Below are positions 1 to 12,370 of a DNA stretch of 64,000 nt, one piece after another. The stretch covers positions 186,001 to 250,000 of the forward strand of contig OZ287088.1 in the NCBI GenBank assembly GCA_965645245.1, in the 5' to 3' direction. The notes under the pieces were generated by a model. That model saw only the letters and a list, made by a program, of their open reading frames with translations. It made no database searches and was not told where the DNA came from. This DNA is from Massalongia carnosa (taxonomy: Eukaryota). How positions within the stretch are numbered: the first letter of the stretch is position 1; each line of letters starts with the position of its first letter. Position numbers and translations under genes: made by a program.

Positions 1-112
1 TATTCAATTTGAACCTCAGTTTTCAAAAAGGCATCCCTCTAGCAGTCCCACGTGCTGTCGTCGCCGAGACGAATCCTACAAACTCCTACCCCTACTCAAT
101 TGGGCATTCCAT

Positions 113-942
113 TGGGCGTACAGGTCAACCAGGGCATCGATCCGGAGCGCCGCCGGGCACCTCCATCTAGATCATCGCCGTCGGGCACTGCCGTCGGGCA
201 TCATCTATCGGATCGTTGAGCGTCAGCAGACGCCTCGGGCCTAGAAGATGAGGTTCTCACCTCAGCACCGACCCCGAGTCACGTGCCTAGGCCTGCCCGG
301 GCTGACCTGTGTCGTTCCCATGCCCAATCAAATTCAAGCATTCAAATCAATTCATCCAATTAAAAGCCCCCCCAGCGCAAGCGAAGGTAACGGCACCGAT
401 AAGGGTCATAGATGAGATGGTTCTATGTCACGTGAGGCCCCTGAGTCAAAGTAAATTAAGAATCACCCTCTGAAAATTCTTTCCTCATCCACTTCTTCTC
501 ACTCGGCCTCATCCATCTCACTGACTCGTCGTCGACCCCACGTTGTCTCGGTGCCCCTACCTCGCTGTCAGTGCTTGCTGCTTTTCCCCACCCTCGGCCA
601 CCCGAGATTCATAGCTAGTTAGAAGCCACCTTAAGTGAGCGATGGGCGTACAGGTCAACCAGGGCATCGATCCGGAGCGCCGCCGGGCACCTCCATCTAG
701 ATCATCGCCGTCGGGCACTGCCGTCGGGCATCATCTATCGGATCGTTGAGCGTCAGCAGACGCCTCGGGCCTAGAAGATGAGGTTCTCACCTCAGCACCG
801 ACCCCGAGTCACGTGCCTAGGCCTGCCCGGGCTGACCTGTGTCGTTCCCATGCCCAATCAAATTCAAGCATTCAAATCAATTCATCCAATTAAAAGCCCC
901 CCCAGCGCAAGCGAAGGTAACGGCACCGATAAGGGTCATAGA
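113..942. repeat. 300-bp direct duplication (113-412 and 643-942)
   Basis: tgggcgtacaggtcaacc...aagggtcataga occurs twice at an offset of 530 bp with no differences seen by eye. Confidence 0.9.
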
Positions 943-997
943 ATGACAGCGAGAGGGATAGCAAACACCTCCTTGACCACCTTACCGCATTAGGATT

Positions 998-1600
998 CAG
1001 GGGGCCGGCCTATTGTAAGGCCGGCCTCCGATAAGGCTAGGTGGCACGCGGGTGGAAGCAAGGTGAGCCGAAACTCCCGCACCAAAACTTCCCCTTTTTC
1101 TTCCCCTTTTTCTTCCCCATCTTCTTCCTCATTCAACATTTCAAATGCCATCCCACTACGATACACCTCAAAAAGCCAAGGTGCAGGGAGCTTATAACTT
1201 TCTTCTTGCAAAAGGCATTTCCATCGATCCTCGAGAAATTTTTCAGCATTTTGGCATTCGAAGCGAGAGACAGGGCTATAAGATCATTTGAAACGGAGCA
1301 TCTTCTAGAAGAAGACATCATTCAACGCTCGTTGAGACACGCGGTCGCAAATCAAATGTCATGGAAGCACAAATAGAGGAGGCAGATCACATTCTACAAG
1401 ATGAGGGGCTACAGTTGGAAGGAAAACGATACACATGGGAACAATTGGCTATGGAGATTGGGGCCGACGTTGTCGGTCGTACAATGCACAATGTTATGTC
1501 GGCTGCTCTAAACTATGAGAAATGTCTGGCCTGCGTCAAGGGATGGCTGGCCGGCCCACCTATGGAAAGACGGGTCGAATTTGCTCACATGATGCTGACT
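998..1600 (+). pseudogene. 5' fragment of a Tc1/mariner-type transposase (DNA-binding region), truncated before the DDE core
   Basis: Frameshifted ORFs 1041-1376 and 1361-1699 give ETRGRKS...EEADHIL...YTWEQLAMEIG...RRVEFA, typical of fungal Tc1 N-termini. The similarity ends near 1600. Confidence 0.6.
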
Positions 1601-2257
1601 AGTTCGTCTATGGCGAGAGCTAGTGCGGGACCGATGCTATTCGGCTACCAGCGGATTCGGCAACCAGCGGATCGGCTACCAGCGGTTCTCCACGCATGAC
1701 AGGGACAACAGGTAATGGACCTCTTCGGCTTTGCACGGTTAATCGCCAGGAGCTGGTTCGGATAACGACGGGGGATCGGATAGGGAACGATGGATGACAG
1801 GGTGGAGATGGAGGCTATATAGAGGGCCAAAGCAGTCCTACATCTCCTCATCATCTCGTATCGGGAAATCGGGAGGACCCGGGAATTGGTCAAATGGTCG
1901 ACTAGTAGGCTACATTAGTCAATTAGCCGAAATGTTCTAGGTACTGCCGATTGCGCCCACCTTTGACATGGGCGCTTGACGAATAGTCGAACATTTGACG
2001 TGTAAACAGTTTCTCTTTGACTATTGATTACCTTTACTATTCTTTGTCCAATGATGATAATTGTTATATTGTCTCTTTTGTGTCATTATAAGCATTTGAA
2101 TCCAATAATTTCATTAATTAACTTGTTGTTTAGTAACGATTGTAACAAATCTTCAAAATACACTGCTTCTGTTTCCTTTTCGAGCGCTTGATGCTGCATG
2201 ATACGACAATAAAGACACACCAGTCAAGTATATTATCAAGATTTGGGTTAAATAATG

Positions 2258-4675
2258 TTATGTAAGTTCTCCCATATTGTCGTCCTCCCTCACAGAGTTT
2301 TCATCTGCTTGAGAATGCGCCCAGTTTCCTCTTCGTATCATTACTCTATGCACCTGTTCCACCCGATCCAAAAACGAACTATATTCCTCCTCAAAGCTCA
2401 ATACGGCCTCGGGAAATGTTGGTACAGTATACCAGAACGACTCTCCATCTTTCATTCCCACAGCAGTCTGCCACTCCTTCCACGTTGCATCATACCTCAT
2501 CCGAATCCGCCAGTCTTTCCCCATGCGTAAATCGTAATGTACCGCAACTTCTTGACCCGAACTGTCGTCACGATTGCGTCTTGCGCGAGTGGAGTTGGAG
2601 TTGACGATGTCTTGTCGTTAAACTGTTTCCAACGCAATTGTTAGACTAACAGATATTCTACAACAAAAGCGAATACTTACGAAGGATGAACTTGATGCGC
2701 TGTTCTTTAATTGTGAGGGCCCACGTTACGAAGAATTCTAGGAGAGATGTTAATACCACTTTAGACCGCGGTTAATAAGATTGCATACCTCGTGGCTCGT
2801 CAACTGCGGCGGTCTAGGTGAAGAGGTTTCCTTCTATTGTTGTTACTGATAATTCCAAAGCATATTACCAATCAAGACATACAGAAAAACCCGAATCCAC
2901 CTCCTCGCAACGAACGATCGAAGTTCTACATGAAGATGTCAAGGAAGAAAGCCGCGCTGTCGACCTGACCGACTTTGTCATTTCATCTCCCGCATCAAGA
3001 TCTACAAGATCGTCAAGAAGTGGCAAATGGATTGTGGACAGCTTTTGTGACCGCCGAAAAGCCCCCATCTCTTTGTCCAGTCTGACGCATAACCCGCCGA
3101 TGAATGATTCTTTGTAACAACATCTTTCTCTCCGAGGACTGTTGATTCCAGGTGTTCGTCATTCGAGTATGGATTGCTTTTCAGTATTATTGCCTCAACT
3201 CAGCAAAGATTATATTGATACAAACTTACTCTCTCGCTGCGACCCATCAAAAGCCTGTACCTTTTTTTGCCCGTATTCGTACTCTCCAATAGCATGTTGA
3301 ATCAGAGTTGCTATCAATACGATCACTTCTCCTCGAAGTGGATTGAACAAATGCGCAGTATCGGTATTGCGTCCATAAATGCATTCATTGTCGTTATTGA
3401 AGAATATCAGAGTAACTGCCTTTATCAAGATAGGCGCGAGAAACTGATTTTTCGGAGCCTACTCGCGAGTTAGTTAAACTTTGTATCAAGACAACTAGGA
3501 CATATTAACCGTTGATAAATCTTCGCACAGAAAATGAAGATCGTCTAGCAAAGTGGACACGAATATTCGACAGTCGCTCTGAACTGAGAACGGGTATTCG
3601 TTAGCCACAAGCAATCTCACTTTGCTCAACATTTGAGAGCGAAAATCCGTTGTCGAATCATAAATCTAGTCTTAGATTAGTTTTTATATGTACAAATCCG
3701 TTGTAAGCAAGACCTCACCTACCCTGCGAGCCTCTTTGGCGGTGGGAAGCTCTGCTACGTCGACGTTCCGGTTGCCAGGAAGGTCACCGAGACGCTTTGC
3801 AAGGTCCTGCCAAGTACGACTCATTAATTTGCTCAATCGAGGCTTCTGTGTGTTTGCCCAAGGCGAACATAATTCAACCGCGTGTCCGGACGTTATCAGA
3901 GCGTTGAAAAAAGGAATCATGGCACGTAGTATTAGTTGATGAGCAGGGCTAGAGTTGGACTTGGTTCGCCTTGATATGTCACCCCAGAGTAAACGATAAG
4001 TATCTATTTATTTTGATTTCGGAGACTGTCTCGTATTCCGTTATGCCAGCCCTTGTGCCGGAAGTAGACTTGATCGGGAGGACATTTGAGATCTCGAGAG
4101 TTTGCGAGGAGAGTGTCGCAGGCAAACCCCGACGAGTGCTTATTTGTGAAGGCGACAAGATGTTATCCAGCGCGCGGGAAGAGTTTCTCGGTGGAGACGA
4201 GGGTAATGTTTCCCTTCGTAAGGAGCTCCTTCGAGATGGAGAACTTGAGCTGTATTGAATACCGCGGCCTGCGCCGGCCCGTAATGTCCTCGCCACATAC
4301 TTAGTTATCGGCTTTTTCTGTTCTAAGTCAGAACCCGATACATGCATTCATGACTGTACTATTTACACTCGGCTGGAAACTCACATCGCTTGAGTCGTTG
4401 CCAGTACTAGATTCAGCCAACTCGTCCACACAAGACAGGCGATGTGAGCGTTTGTTGTCTCCGTAAGTGTTATTTCCATCAAATTGTGCACGAGAGCGTT
4501 TTAGTTGTGTCAATGTAGGCAAGTCTTCCTCGGAAGGCGAATCATCAAAATCCTGAGAGTTCTCGAAGGAAAAGCAAAGTCAGCGATAAGCGTTGGTTTC
4601 TATACATCCTGGGGAGGTTCGTACCATTGTGATTCTTTGTGGGTTGTTGATAGTGGTTGCCTTTGATGTTGACAT
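2258..4675 (-). CDS. Putative multi-exon protein carried by the TIR element; central part resembles fungal DUF6532-like domains
   Basis: Co-oriented ORFs (4328-4522, 3979-4347, 3684-3920, 3210-3428, 2258-2524) are conserved in copy B. Recalled motif similarity: LFNPLRGEVIVLIATLIQHAIGEYEYG. Exon boundaries are approximate and the gene may be disrupted. Confidence 0.45.
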
Positions 4676-4977
4676 AGTGAAAAAAGAAGCAACAAGGGAC
4701 ATGCAATACCTGTGGATTTGGGAAACGAGCAAAGTAGAAGAGATCGACGCGAAAAGTAAAATGACCAAGTTTGCCATTGCAACCAAATCTAGCGTGTTAG
4801 GATCGTTGACTTTGTTATGATATGCTAACGGTTCCTGTTAGATTAAAACAGCCCCTGTTAGATCAAGAAAACCCTGTTAGATCAAGAAAATCTTGTTAGC
4901 TGTTAGATTAGGGTTAGTTGATGTTAGCTTACTGTAGATTATCTCTGTAAAAGGTTCAGTATGTCAAACCTCACATA

Positions 4978-5271
4978 CTATCCCCCTCTGAACAATCTTG
5001 AAAACATGAGTTTTTTGCAAGGGGAGGACGGGAGTGATGACTTAAAAGCACATGGGTGGAAACCAGGGCTTTGAGCCAATCAGGACATGTAAATATTTTT
5101 TACTGTACAGCCCTACAGCGAATCCCTTAGTGATTTTACCTTCCCCAAATATCCAGAAGATTCGACTGTCTGATTGGCGACAAGCCTGTATCCACGCCCG
5201 TTTTCACCCTAGCACATACCCCCGTACCGCCCTTGCAAAATCCCATGTTTTCAGGATTGTTCAGGGGGTAG
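4978..5271. mobile_element. ~295-bp MITE nested in TIR element copy A
   Basis: Imperfect ~45-bp TIRs (ccccctctgaacaatcttgaaaacatg..ttttgcaagg / ccttgcaaaatcccatgttttcaggattgttcagggg) flanked by TA. Confidence 0.8.
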
Positions 5272-5943
5272 TATAATAGTATCCGTTAACCTGTAACAAT
5301 AGTAACCAGGTATCATGGAAGCGGCAACGAGTCCGTGGCACTTCAGACCTGAAGCGTTGAAAACGGCGGACATAGCAGAGGACAACAGTGTTCATTGCGG
5401 AGATGATAGTACTGAATATAGTAAGCACCCCCGAAAAGCCTAATTCCTGCCCCAGACCTGCTCATCGACGCTCCGCAACGGCCCTTCGCCACATTCTTCG
5501 TGAACTGAATGTTCACCTCTTATGCCACCTTTTGAACATCAGCTAGACCATCTTTCGTCAACCATTTATCTACCATCCAGATCACCACCCAGATTACCTT
5601 TTGACCACCATCCAGACCACCGTCCATACCACCTTTTGACTATAATCCAAATCACCTCTTGTCCACTATCGATACGATCATACATATTATCTTTGACCAC
5701 CGTCCATACGAAGGATGCTGTGGCATGTGTAATCTATATCCCGATGAACAAATCAAGTAGTGGACTCTATTTGTCAGGTTAATATAACCAACCGAGTCCA
5801 TTTGTATTGCGACCGAGAGCGCCCCCCAATCGCACGTCCCATATATCTAGACGTTCATGTGCTCTTGAATCCTTTAGACTCGATGGATTGGGTATTTAGT
5901 TTATGTTTGGGATTATAACTTAACGTTTGGGATTATAACGTAA

Positions 5944-6113
5944 TGTAACGGTTCGACCATGCGTGGTCTGGACGGCAGGACCTACAGCGAACATAGCAGG
6001 AGTCCCAGTTATAGTAGAATAGAGCTTGGTCTGCGGACTAAGTATTGTGTCTTTTGGTCGGGAGGAGAGGTGGCGCAATGGTAGAAATCTATTCACTGTC
6101 TCGCTTCGTCACA
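5944..6113. mobile_element. 170-bp solo LTR nested in TIR element copy A
   Basis: tgtaacg...cgtcaca termini with near-TSD cgtaa/cgtac. The copy B equivalent has a perfect ttacg TSD. Confidence 0.8.
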
Positions 6114-7161
6114 CGTACCCTATTGTGTTAAGTTAGGATTAAAGAGAATTGGTTTCCTAAACGCATGCGCTTTTTAATAGGATAAGGAAGGGCTTCCGTC
6201 TAAGAGGGACTGTTGTTCCAGAACAGATGAGCTTAATATGTCGTCGCGGTAGTAGTTGGTCTCCTAAGATTTGTGCTCTGTAGGCATTAAGCAGGCTTTC
6301 TCGTCATCAAGTAACAGATAATCATCAATTCAAAGAACGATGAGAATCATAACCACGTAATAATGTAGAATGCTTTTGATCTTCGAGAACTGAATGTACG
6401 TAACATTATCTTCGATGAGACATGCAAGGTGGGTTGCGCATTATAAAGATATGTTATACGCAAGATACAAAAGCTGCAACGAAGTCAATGTATGACGATG
6501 CGACATGTAAAGAGAGCAGCTGAACAACCAAAATTACTCTGTGACGGATAAAGAGGACGTAAAGATAGGATAGAGTGGATAATATACGACTGAATTGTTA
6601 AAAGGTCAAGGTACAGAGAATAATAAAGCTTATCGAGACGAGAAGTAAAGACAGAGCGACGATTATTTGTTGAGATGCAGGTTGCACTGACTAATATGAC
6701 GACAAGACGTACAATAGATAAAGGCAACTGACTAAAGGTTGACGAATAAAGACTAAAGAAACCAAAGAGTCGAATATTTAATCATCAAGATCTATTAGTC
6801 ATCTCCCGATTTCCCGATGCGGATTCGGAGGTAGCATTGCATAGTAGTTTTTGACCCGCCCACCCACTCCAGGTCTCAGCCGCAGAGGTAGAGGGAGTTT
6901 CCACCGCGACTCTGCACCAAGGCCCGAAAGGGGGCGCTAGGTAGAAGCGCCGGCGAGAGTGACGGCGCCAGCGAGGTGCAGATCGCTGTGTTTCCGCCAA
7001 TCTTAGAAATAGAAGCAATACGAGGTCACATGAACTAGGGTGGAATATAACTGTTAGGGATCAGATTTACTTAAGCGGCGGTAGGGTGGAATAACTTTCG
7101 AGGGTAGGGTGCCATTTCGCGCCTCAGGCAGATTTACTTGATTCGAGTGGCCAGCAATAGC

Positions 7162-10100
7162 TACGCCGCGGAATGGGTTGGGTATTACCCAACCCAAAAT
7201 CCAACCCAAAAGGTTATGGGTTGGGTTGGATTATTAAAATGAGAACCCAACCCAATGGGGTTTGGGTTGGGTTGGGTTATCGTTGGGTTACCCAACAGAA
7301 AAGGGTACTGATATATGGACACCCCATCCGCTACCTAGAGTCTAGTTTACACTCGCAGATTTTTTCTTAATCACAGAAAAAATCTGCGAGTGTAAATGAT
7401 GACTACTAGCATGACTACCACAAAACACGAATGCAATATTTATCACATTAGTTAGGATTTTCAATCATTGTAGATTTATTTTAATGACTATCACAAAGTA
7501 AAATGTAGATTATAGATAAAACATTTATTTCGTTGACGTCGAACTACCATAAAGACTATCACAAATTCATATGCTATCTAAAACTCGTAAAGAAAGTCTC
7601 TCGCCATCTCTTCCTTTACTCTCCACCTTCTTGTCACCCCCACCCTCTCCACCCCCCTCCTCTACCTCATCCTCCACCACACCCTCCTCCTCCTCCTCCT
7701 CTACCTCATCCACTACACCCTCTTCCTCCTCCTCCTCCTCCACCTCATCCACCACACCCTCCTCTATCATACCCTCCTTCACCTCCTCGTTTGATGGAAG
7801 CCTACCCCTTCTTGTGCGCGTTGCAATCCTCTTATTCCTATCGCTTTGCTCGGAAATAGAGTTTCTGTTATTGTAAGTTCGTTTCTTACTTTTCTGTAGA
7901 ATAATTAGCTCAAGAAGACACGAAAGTAAGTGACTCGATGCTTACATCTCGCGCTGAGACCTGCTCAACCTGCGATGATCCGATCTGCGTTAACTGATCC
8001 TCGTCATTGTTATCGTCTTCTTCATCACTAATGTAGACCTTCTGGAAAACCTGTGTTAGGTCTTCATGTCGCCTTTGCATCTATAAGTCAAATCCTCAAG
8101 ACTCATGCTTTCTTCTTCTTCCAAATCTACGTGTAAACTTGCATCTGCATTTTCCTTCTGATCGTAGAAACGAACCATCATCGCGGAGAATGTATCCGGA
8201 TGAAAATTCTTGCGATGATCGTAAAGGGCTCCCGCAACGCTAAAACCGCGCTCACATCCAACGCCAGCGGCTGGTACAGCAAGGATGTCCCTGGCAACCA
8301 TACTCATTTGTGGAAATTCCGGCTCGAGATCTTTGCACTGTTGTAGAATAGGACCCGAACGATCATGCATCGCTGTGTATTGTAAATAAGTTAAACACAA
8401 TGAGAAAAGACCGGATTTATTGTATCAGTTAACCTACCTCGCTGACGATAGCAGTTGAACTCGTCATCAAGAGCGAGCGGAGTAGCATTGTTCGTACTCA
8501 GAAGAAGATCCAGATTATTCAAGTCTCGAATGACCGCGACATTACGCCCGCGTACTTGTGAGGTTTGAGAATTCTCGTAGATATCGAATTCCGCTTCCAG
8601 AGATTGCCAATATTGATCTTCCCATCGACTTTCCCCATAGGGCGCATCCCAATTGGGACCCTTGAAAATTAGGTCCTTCTTATTGGGAGATAGCAATGCC
8701 GCCTTTTCATATAGATAACCTAATGACCCCGAAGTTTTAGAATAGTATTGACGTAATTTCGTTGCAGCCACCTCGATGCCATTCAATAGCGCATGTTTCC
8801 ACGATACTCGCTTACGAGATAATCTTGCGCGAGCTTGATCCAGATGATCGAACAGCTTATTGTAGATCTCGAACACCTGATGAATGGTCGGTTGCTTTGA
8901 TTGACCAATCATCTTTGTGAAGACGCAGAATAGCTTCGTTAAATCGATAAGATATTCTATCTGTGACCAATCCACGTCGAGCAATCTCAAATACTCGGCT
9001 TCATGTTTATCATGATATCTATTCAGCTCTTGTCGCAACTTGAGCGCTCGAATTAACATGTGACACGTGGAGTCCCATCGAGTATTTACATCTTGAAAAA
9101 GCTTAAGTACTGTACTGCTGACCGAGTTTCCAGTACGTCTCTCTTCGTCATTCAATGCTCGTTGAACAGCACAGCGTAGAAGTTCTCCTTACGTAAATTG
9201 CTACTGTTAATGTAAACAGCTAATGCTCGAACCTAATCGAAATTTAAAACGACTACCCCAACGACTACCACAAAATAAATCTTGCCTTAGCTAGCGTAAG
9301 GGGAACTCCAGGTGTCGGGTTTTCGAAATCGCGTCTATCTTGCTTATCATCCCAGCTAGTTTTGAAATCGGCATTTTTGGGATTAATGTGAATACACCCA
9401 AGTAGCTGTTTCACGGCAAGTTGAATTACATGCGATAAACAAGGCACTCGCTGTATCTCATTAGCATCAGTCTGTAGAAGTGCTAAGGCTCGATTGCTTC
9501 GTATCATTCGTCGCAACTCATCTACCATCGTTGTGTTATTAGATGCACTGTCCGTGGTTAATGCCAAAACATGATCTTCAATAGAATGTCTAATTAGAAC
9601 GCTGTTCAATACTTCAGCAAGTTTTATTTCCGTGTGTGAGCCTTCAACGTGTTCGAAGGCAAGAAGCACTTCGTGATAATTCCATTTATCGTCAATGAAG
9701 TAAGCATTGATGGCCAGATAACCTTGACGATTAAATGACGACCAACAATCCAAAGCCAGAGAGACCTTTGAACTACCCCTAGGTAGCCTCTCGAGAAAAA
9801 GCGGAATAATCTCTTGACTTCGGGTCATCAAGCGATTCTTGATTGTCGATGGTGAAGGAAACTGTACATTATCGAGCAGACAGTTGAACGCTCTTTGCAA
9901 TTCGACATTGGCGACACTTCGTAACGGTAGCCCAAGAGCAACAATCATACGAAGCAATTGAGGCGTGAAATCATCCTTCTTTAGTCTACACCCGTTGAGA
10001 GTTAAGGCCTCTTGTCTTTTTGCTTCAATCTAATATTGATTAGCAAAGCACGTAATGTGGTAGTCATTGTGGTAGTCATACTTCGGCACGATATCCAACC

Positions 10101-11068
10101 TTTAAGGAAAGTTGCTTCATTCCTTTCAATGTCGACGTCATTTTACAGGACTCGGAATTTAAGTGATTAGTCATGCAGTTATTTCCGGAGCCCAGTGAGG
10201 GATGAGTCAAGACCAGGGAGCATCGCGAGCAGATTATTTTGGGATTACCATCGCCCACAGTGGCGCCTTCCTGAAACTCTTTCCATTCCGCCGCCTTTCC
10301 TTTGGTCGATCCCCAATCGATCTTCTTCATCGCCTTTCTACTCTTCTCTTCATTAGCAAAATGCCATCTCGTACTTCGCCACCATTCCATTAACTCCTCG
10401 CTCTTCTCGGCCACATATGCGTAGCATCTGGTGGGTTTGCCCACAACTTGAAGATCGTATATCTCTGAATCTATCATCTGCGAGCTGCTCATTGTTGCGA
10501 ATGACGAGGATTGTATATATAGGAATGTATATATAGGATGTAGCTGTAGGAATGTAGCTGTAGGAATGTAACTTCATTGACTAGATTATGCTGCGATAAA
10601 GCATTAATAACTACGTTTACGTTCTAAAAACTCAGTCAAATCCAACGCATGCATACATATTCCACCTAAACTAGCCAACCCAACCTAGTCATACTGAACC
10701 TAACCATACCCAACCTAACCTAGTTGCCACGCGCGACCACTGATAACCTGTCTGCTTGCCTGTTTGCTTTTAGATATGGCACCGAAGACTCCGCGCAAGC
10801 GTACGCGCAAACCTGCGCGAATTCCAAACCGAACACTCGACAGAATACCCGGACCAGGTGCCAGAACAGGTGCGATAAGAAAACCAACCACCAGGAAGAG
10901 TATGCCTGGTGGTAAGTAGATGGTATAGTTGAGAATACATAAGATACTAACGCCGATCGCCACGTTGATAAGTCAAGGTTATTGATTACCATTACTAAGC
11001 ATGTGATTTGGGTAACCCAATGACAACCCAACCCGAAGCCAACCCAACCCAACCCATTCCGCGGCGTA
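7162..11068 (-). mobile_element. hAT-superfamily DNA transposon
   Basis: TIR tacgccgcggaatgggttgggt / acccaacccattccgcggcgta with subterminal aaccc/gggtt repeats, enclosing a hAT transposase. No clean 8-bp TSD is visible. Confidence 0.9.
7567..10492 (-). pseudogene. hAT transposase, spliced and frameshifted
   Basis: BED-like CSRC..H..H finger, SLALDCWS, TTDSASNN, PCLSHVIQL, NTRWDST, dimerisation motif VPAAGVGCERGFS and an acidic tail. A 5-bp duplication (acagc x2 at 9166-9175) breaks the frame. Confidence 0.85.
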
Positions 11069-11109
11069 AACAAGCTCGTATAATATGAACTCTCACATAA
11101 CGATCAAAT

Positions 11110-11885
11110 ACCTCTTCCCTGATGTGTTTTGCGAAACTTCAACCACAACGCGATTTTACCTTTCTCTTCATGAGCTCGATATTCTATGATATGCTTGAAT
11201 GTGCAGAACTTCATCAAATCGCAAAAGACACAAGAAACTCAAAACATAAGCAACTGACATTATCATACATTGAGCTGCTCCGCCCCAAAATCGAGCTCCT
11301 TGCTCGTCTACACCGAGTCTATGCAGTTGACTAGCGATTTTATGTTTTTTGTTATGTTCGTATAAACGAAATAACAAATTTGCGTCTATTGCTCTTGCGC
11401 TTTGAGATACAGTACCTGCTCGCACCTGAGATATATTATTGATAATGCTCATATTAAAAGAGGTCGAACGAAAAGAACTCACTTTTTTTCTTTGCAAGCT
11501 TTTCATGTAGATAGATACCGTGCTCGAAATAGACGAATTGCTACTGTATGAACTATCTCGATCCTTTCCCCAAGGATGCGAACCTAACTCCATGCTATAT
11601 GCATACCTCAAACTGCATGCGGAGCGCATTTAACACTCCTGTGACCATGATTTATTTTGAGGAATAGCAAGTGTTGAGTTTTTATTACTGAAAGGTTCAT
11701 AAGAACGAGCTCATTAATATAAAAGAATAATACATTTAATCAACAGATTCAGGAGAATTACAGTTTTGATAAATCCAACAAGCTATCAAATATGGAGTAT
11801 TTTTGTCTGGATTTGACACAGATATTTCATGTTTAGGAAAATTATCCTTGACCCAGGATGAAAACATCTTCCATTGACTTCATTC
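11110..11885 (-). pseudogene. N-terminal part of a fungal tyrosine-recombinase (Crypton-like) gene, truncated
   Basis: Spliced and frameshifted reading gives TPYLIACWI...MRSA...YMKSLQRKK|VRAGTVSQSARAI...WGG...SFLCLLRFDEVLHIQ...LKFRKTHQG. This matches the recalled fungal YR family including the box-I Arg. The C-terminal HxxR/Y region is absent. Confidence 0.65.
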
Positions 11886-11925
11886 ATTTATTAACAGATG
11901 TTGTTGAATAGGTCTATGACTATGG

Positions 11926-12286
11926 TGTCATGGAGTTACTGGGCACCTGCCAGTTAGTTCATTAAATCAACCTCAACCTTAGCTGCTTGAGCGAAGCACT
12001 AGCCGGCTAGCCGATCCGAAAGGAACTAAGCTTAATCCGGTTCAGTCAGGGCAAAGGTAAGTGTTCCGACCGTCAATAGTGTCATGGCGATAGTTTCATG
12101 CCAGGGACTTGGGGGAAATTGGATCAACGGCTGGATTGGGACTAGTTCCGTTCGCCAGAGTCTTATACTCGCCCACGTTGGATTTTCTGTTTCTTTTCTC
12201 CTTGTCGAACGTCTTGTCCACCTAGCTAGACAATCAAGTAATACGTTTGCACCATCTGAATTTCTACCTGACCTCGCACCGTGACA
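11926..12286. mobile_element. 361-bp solo LTR
   Basis: tgtcatgg...ccgtgaca with a perfect 5-bp TSD (tatgg). Confidence 0.9.
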
Positions 12287-12370
12287 TATGGCTCTATGAC
12301 TATGTAAAGATAGGGCTTGTATGACCATGATGTTCAGGATGCAGAGTTGCTACGGAGTGCAGAGTAATCT

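Larger units (their letters stand above)
1859..6819 (-). mobile_element. ~4.96 kb TIR DNA element, copy A (CACTA/EnSpm-like termini, no transposase seen)
   Basis: Termini (t/c)atcgggaaatcgggag at 1859 and ctcccgatttcccgatg ending at 6819, flanked by CG on both sides. The whole element recurs inverted at 55748-62974. Confidence 0.85.

Noticed and set aside
7173..7300. Telomere-like gggtt/aaccc repeats (also 10675-10720 and 11010-11056)
   Set aside because: They are irregular 5-mers symmetrically placed inside the hAT termini, i.e. subterminal repeats, not TTAGGG arrays.
7533..7876. Pro/His-rich and Ser-rich plus-strand ORFs (similarly 46457-46762)
   Set aside because: They are antisense translations of acidic low-complexity tails of the hAT and HNH proteins.
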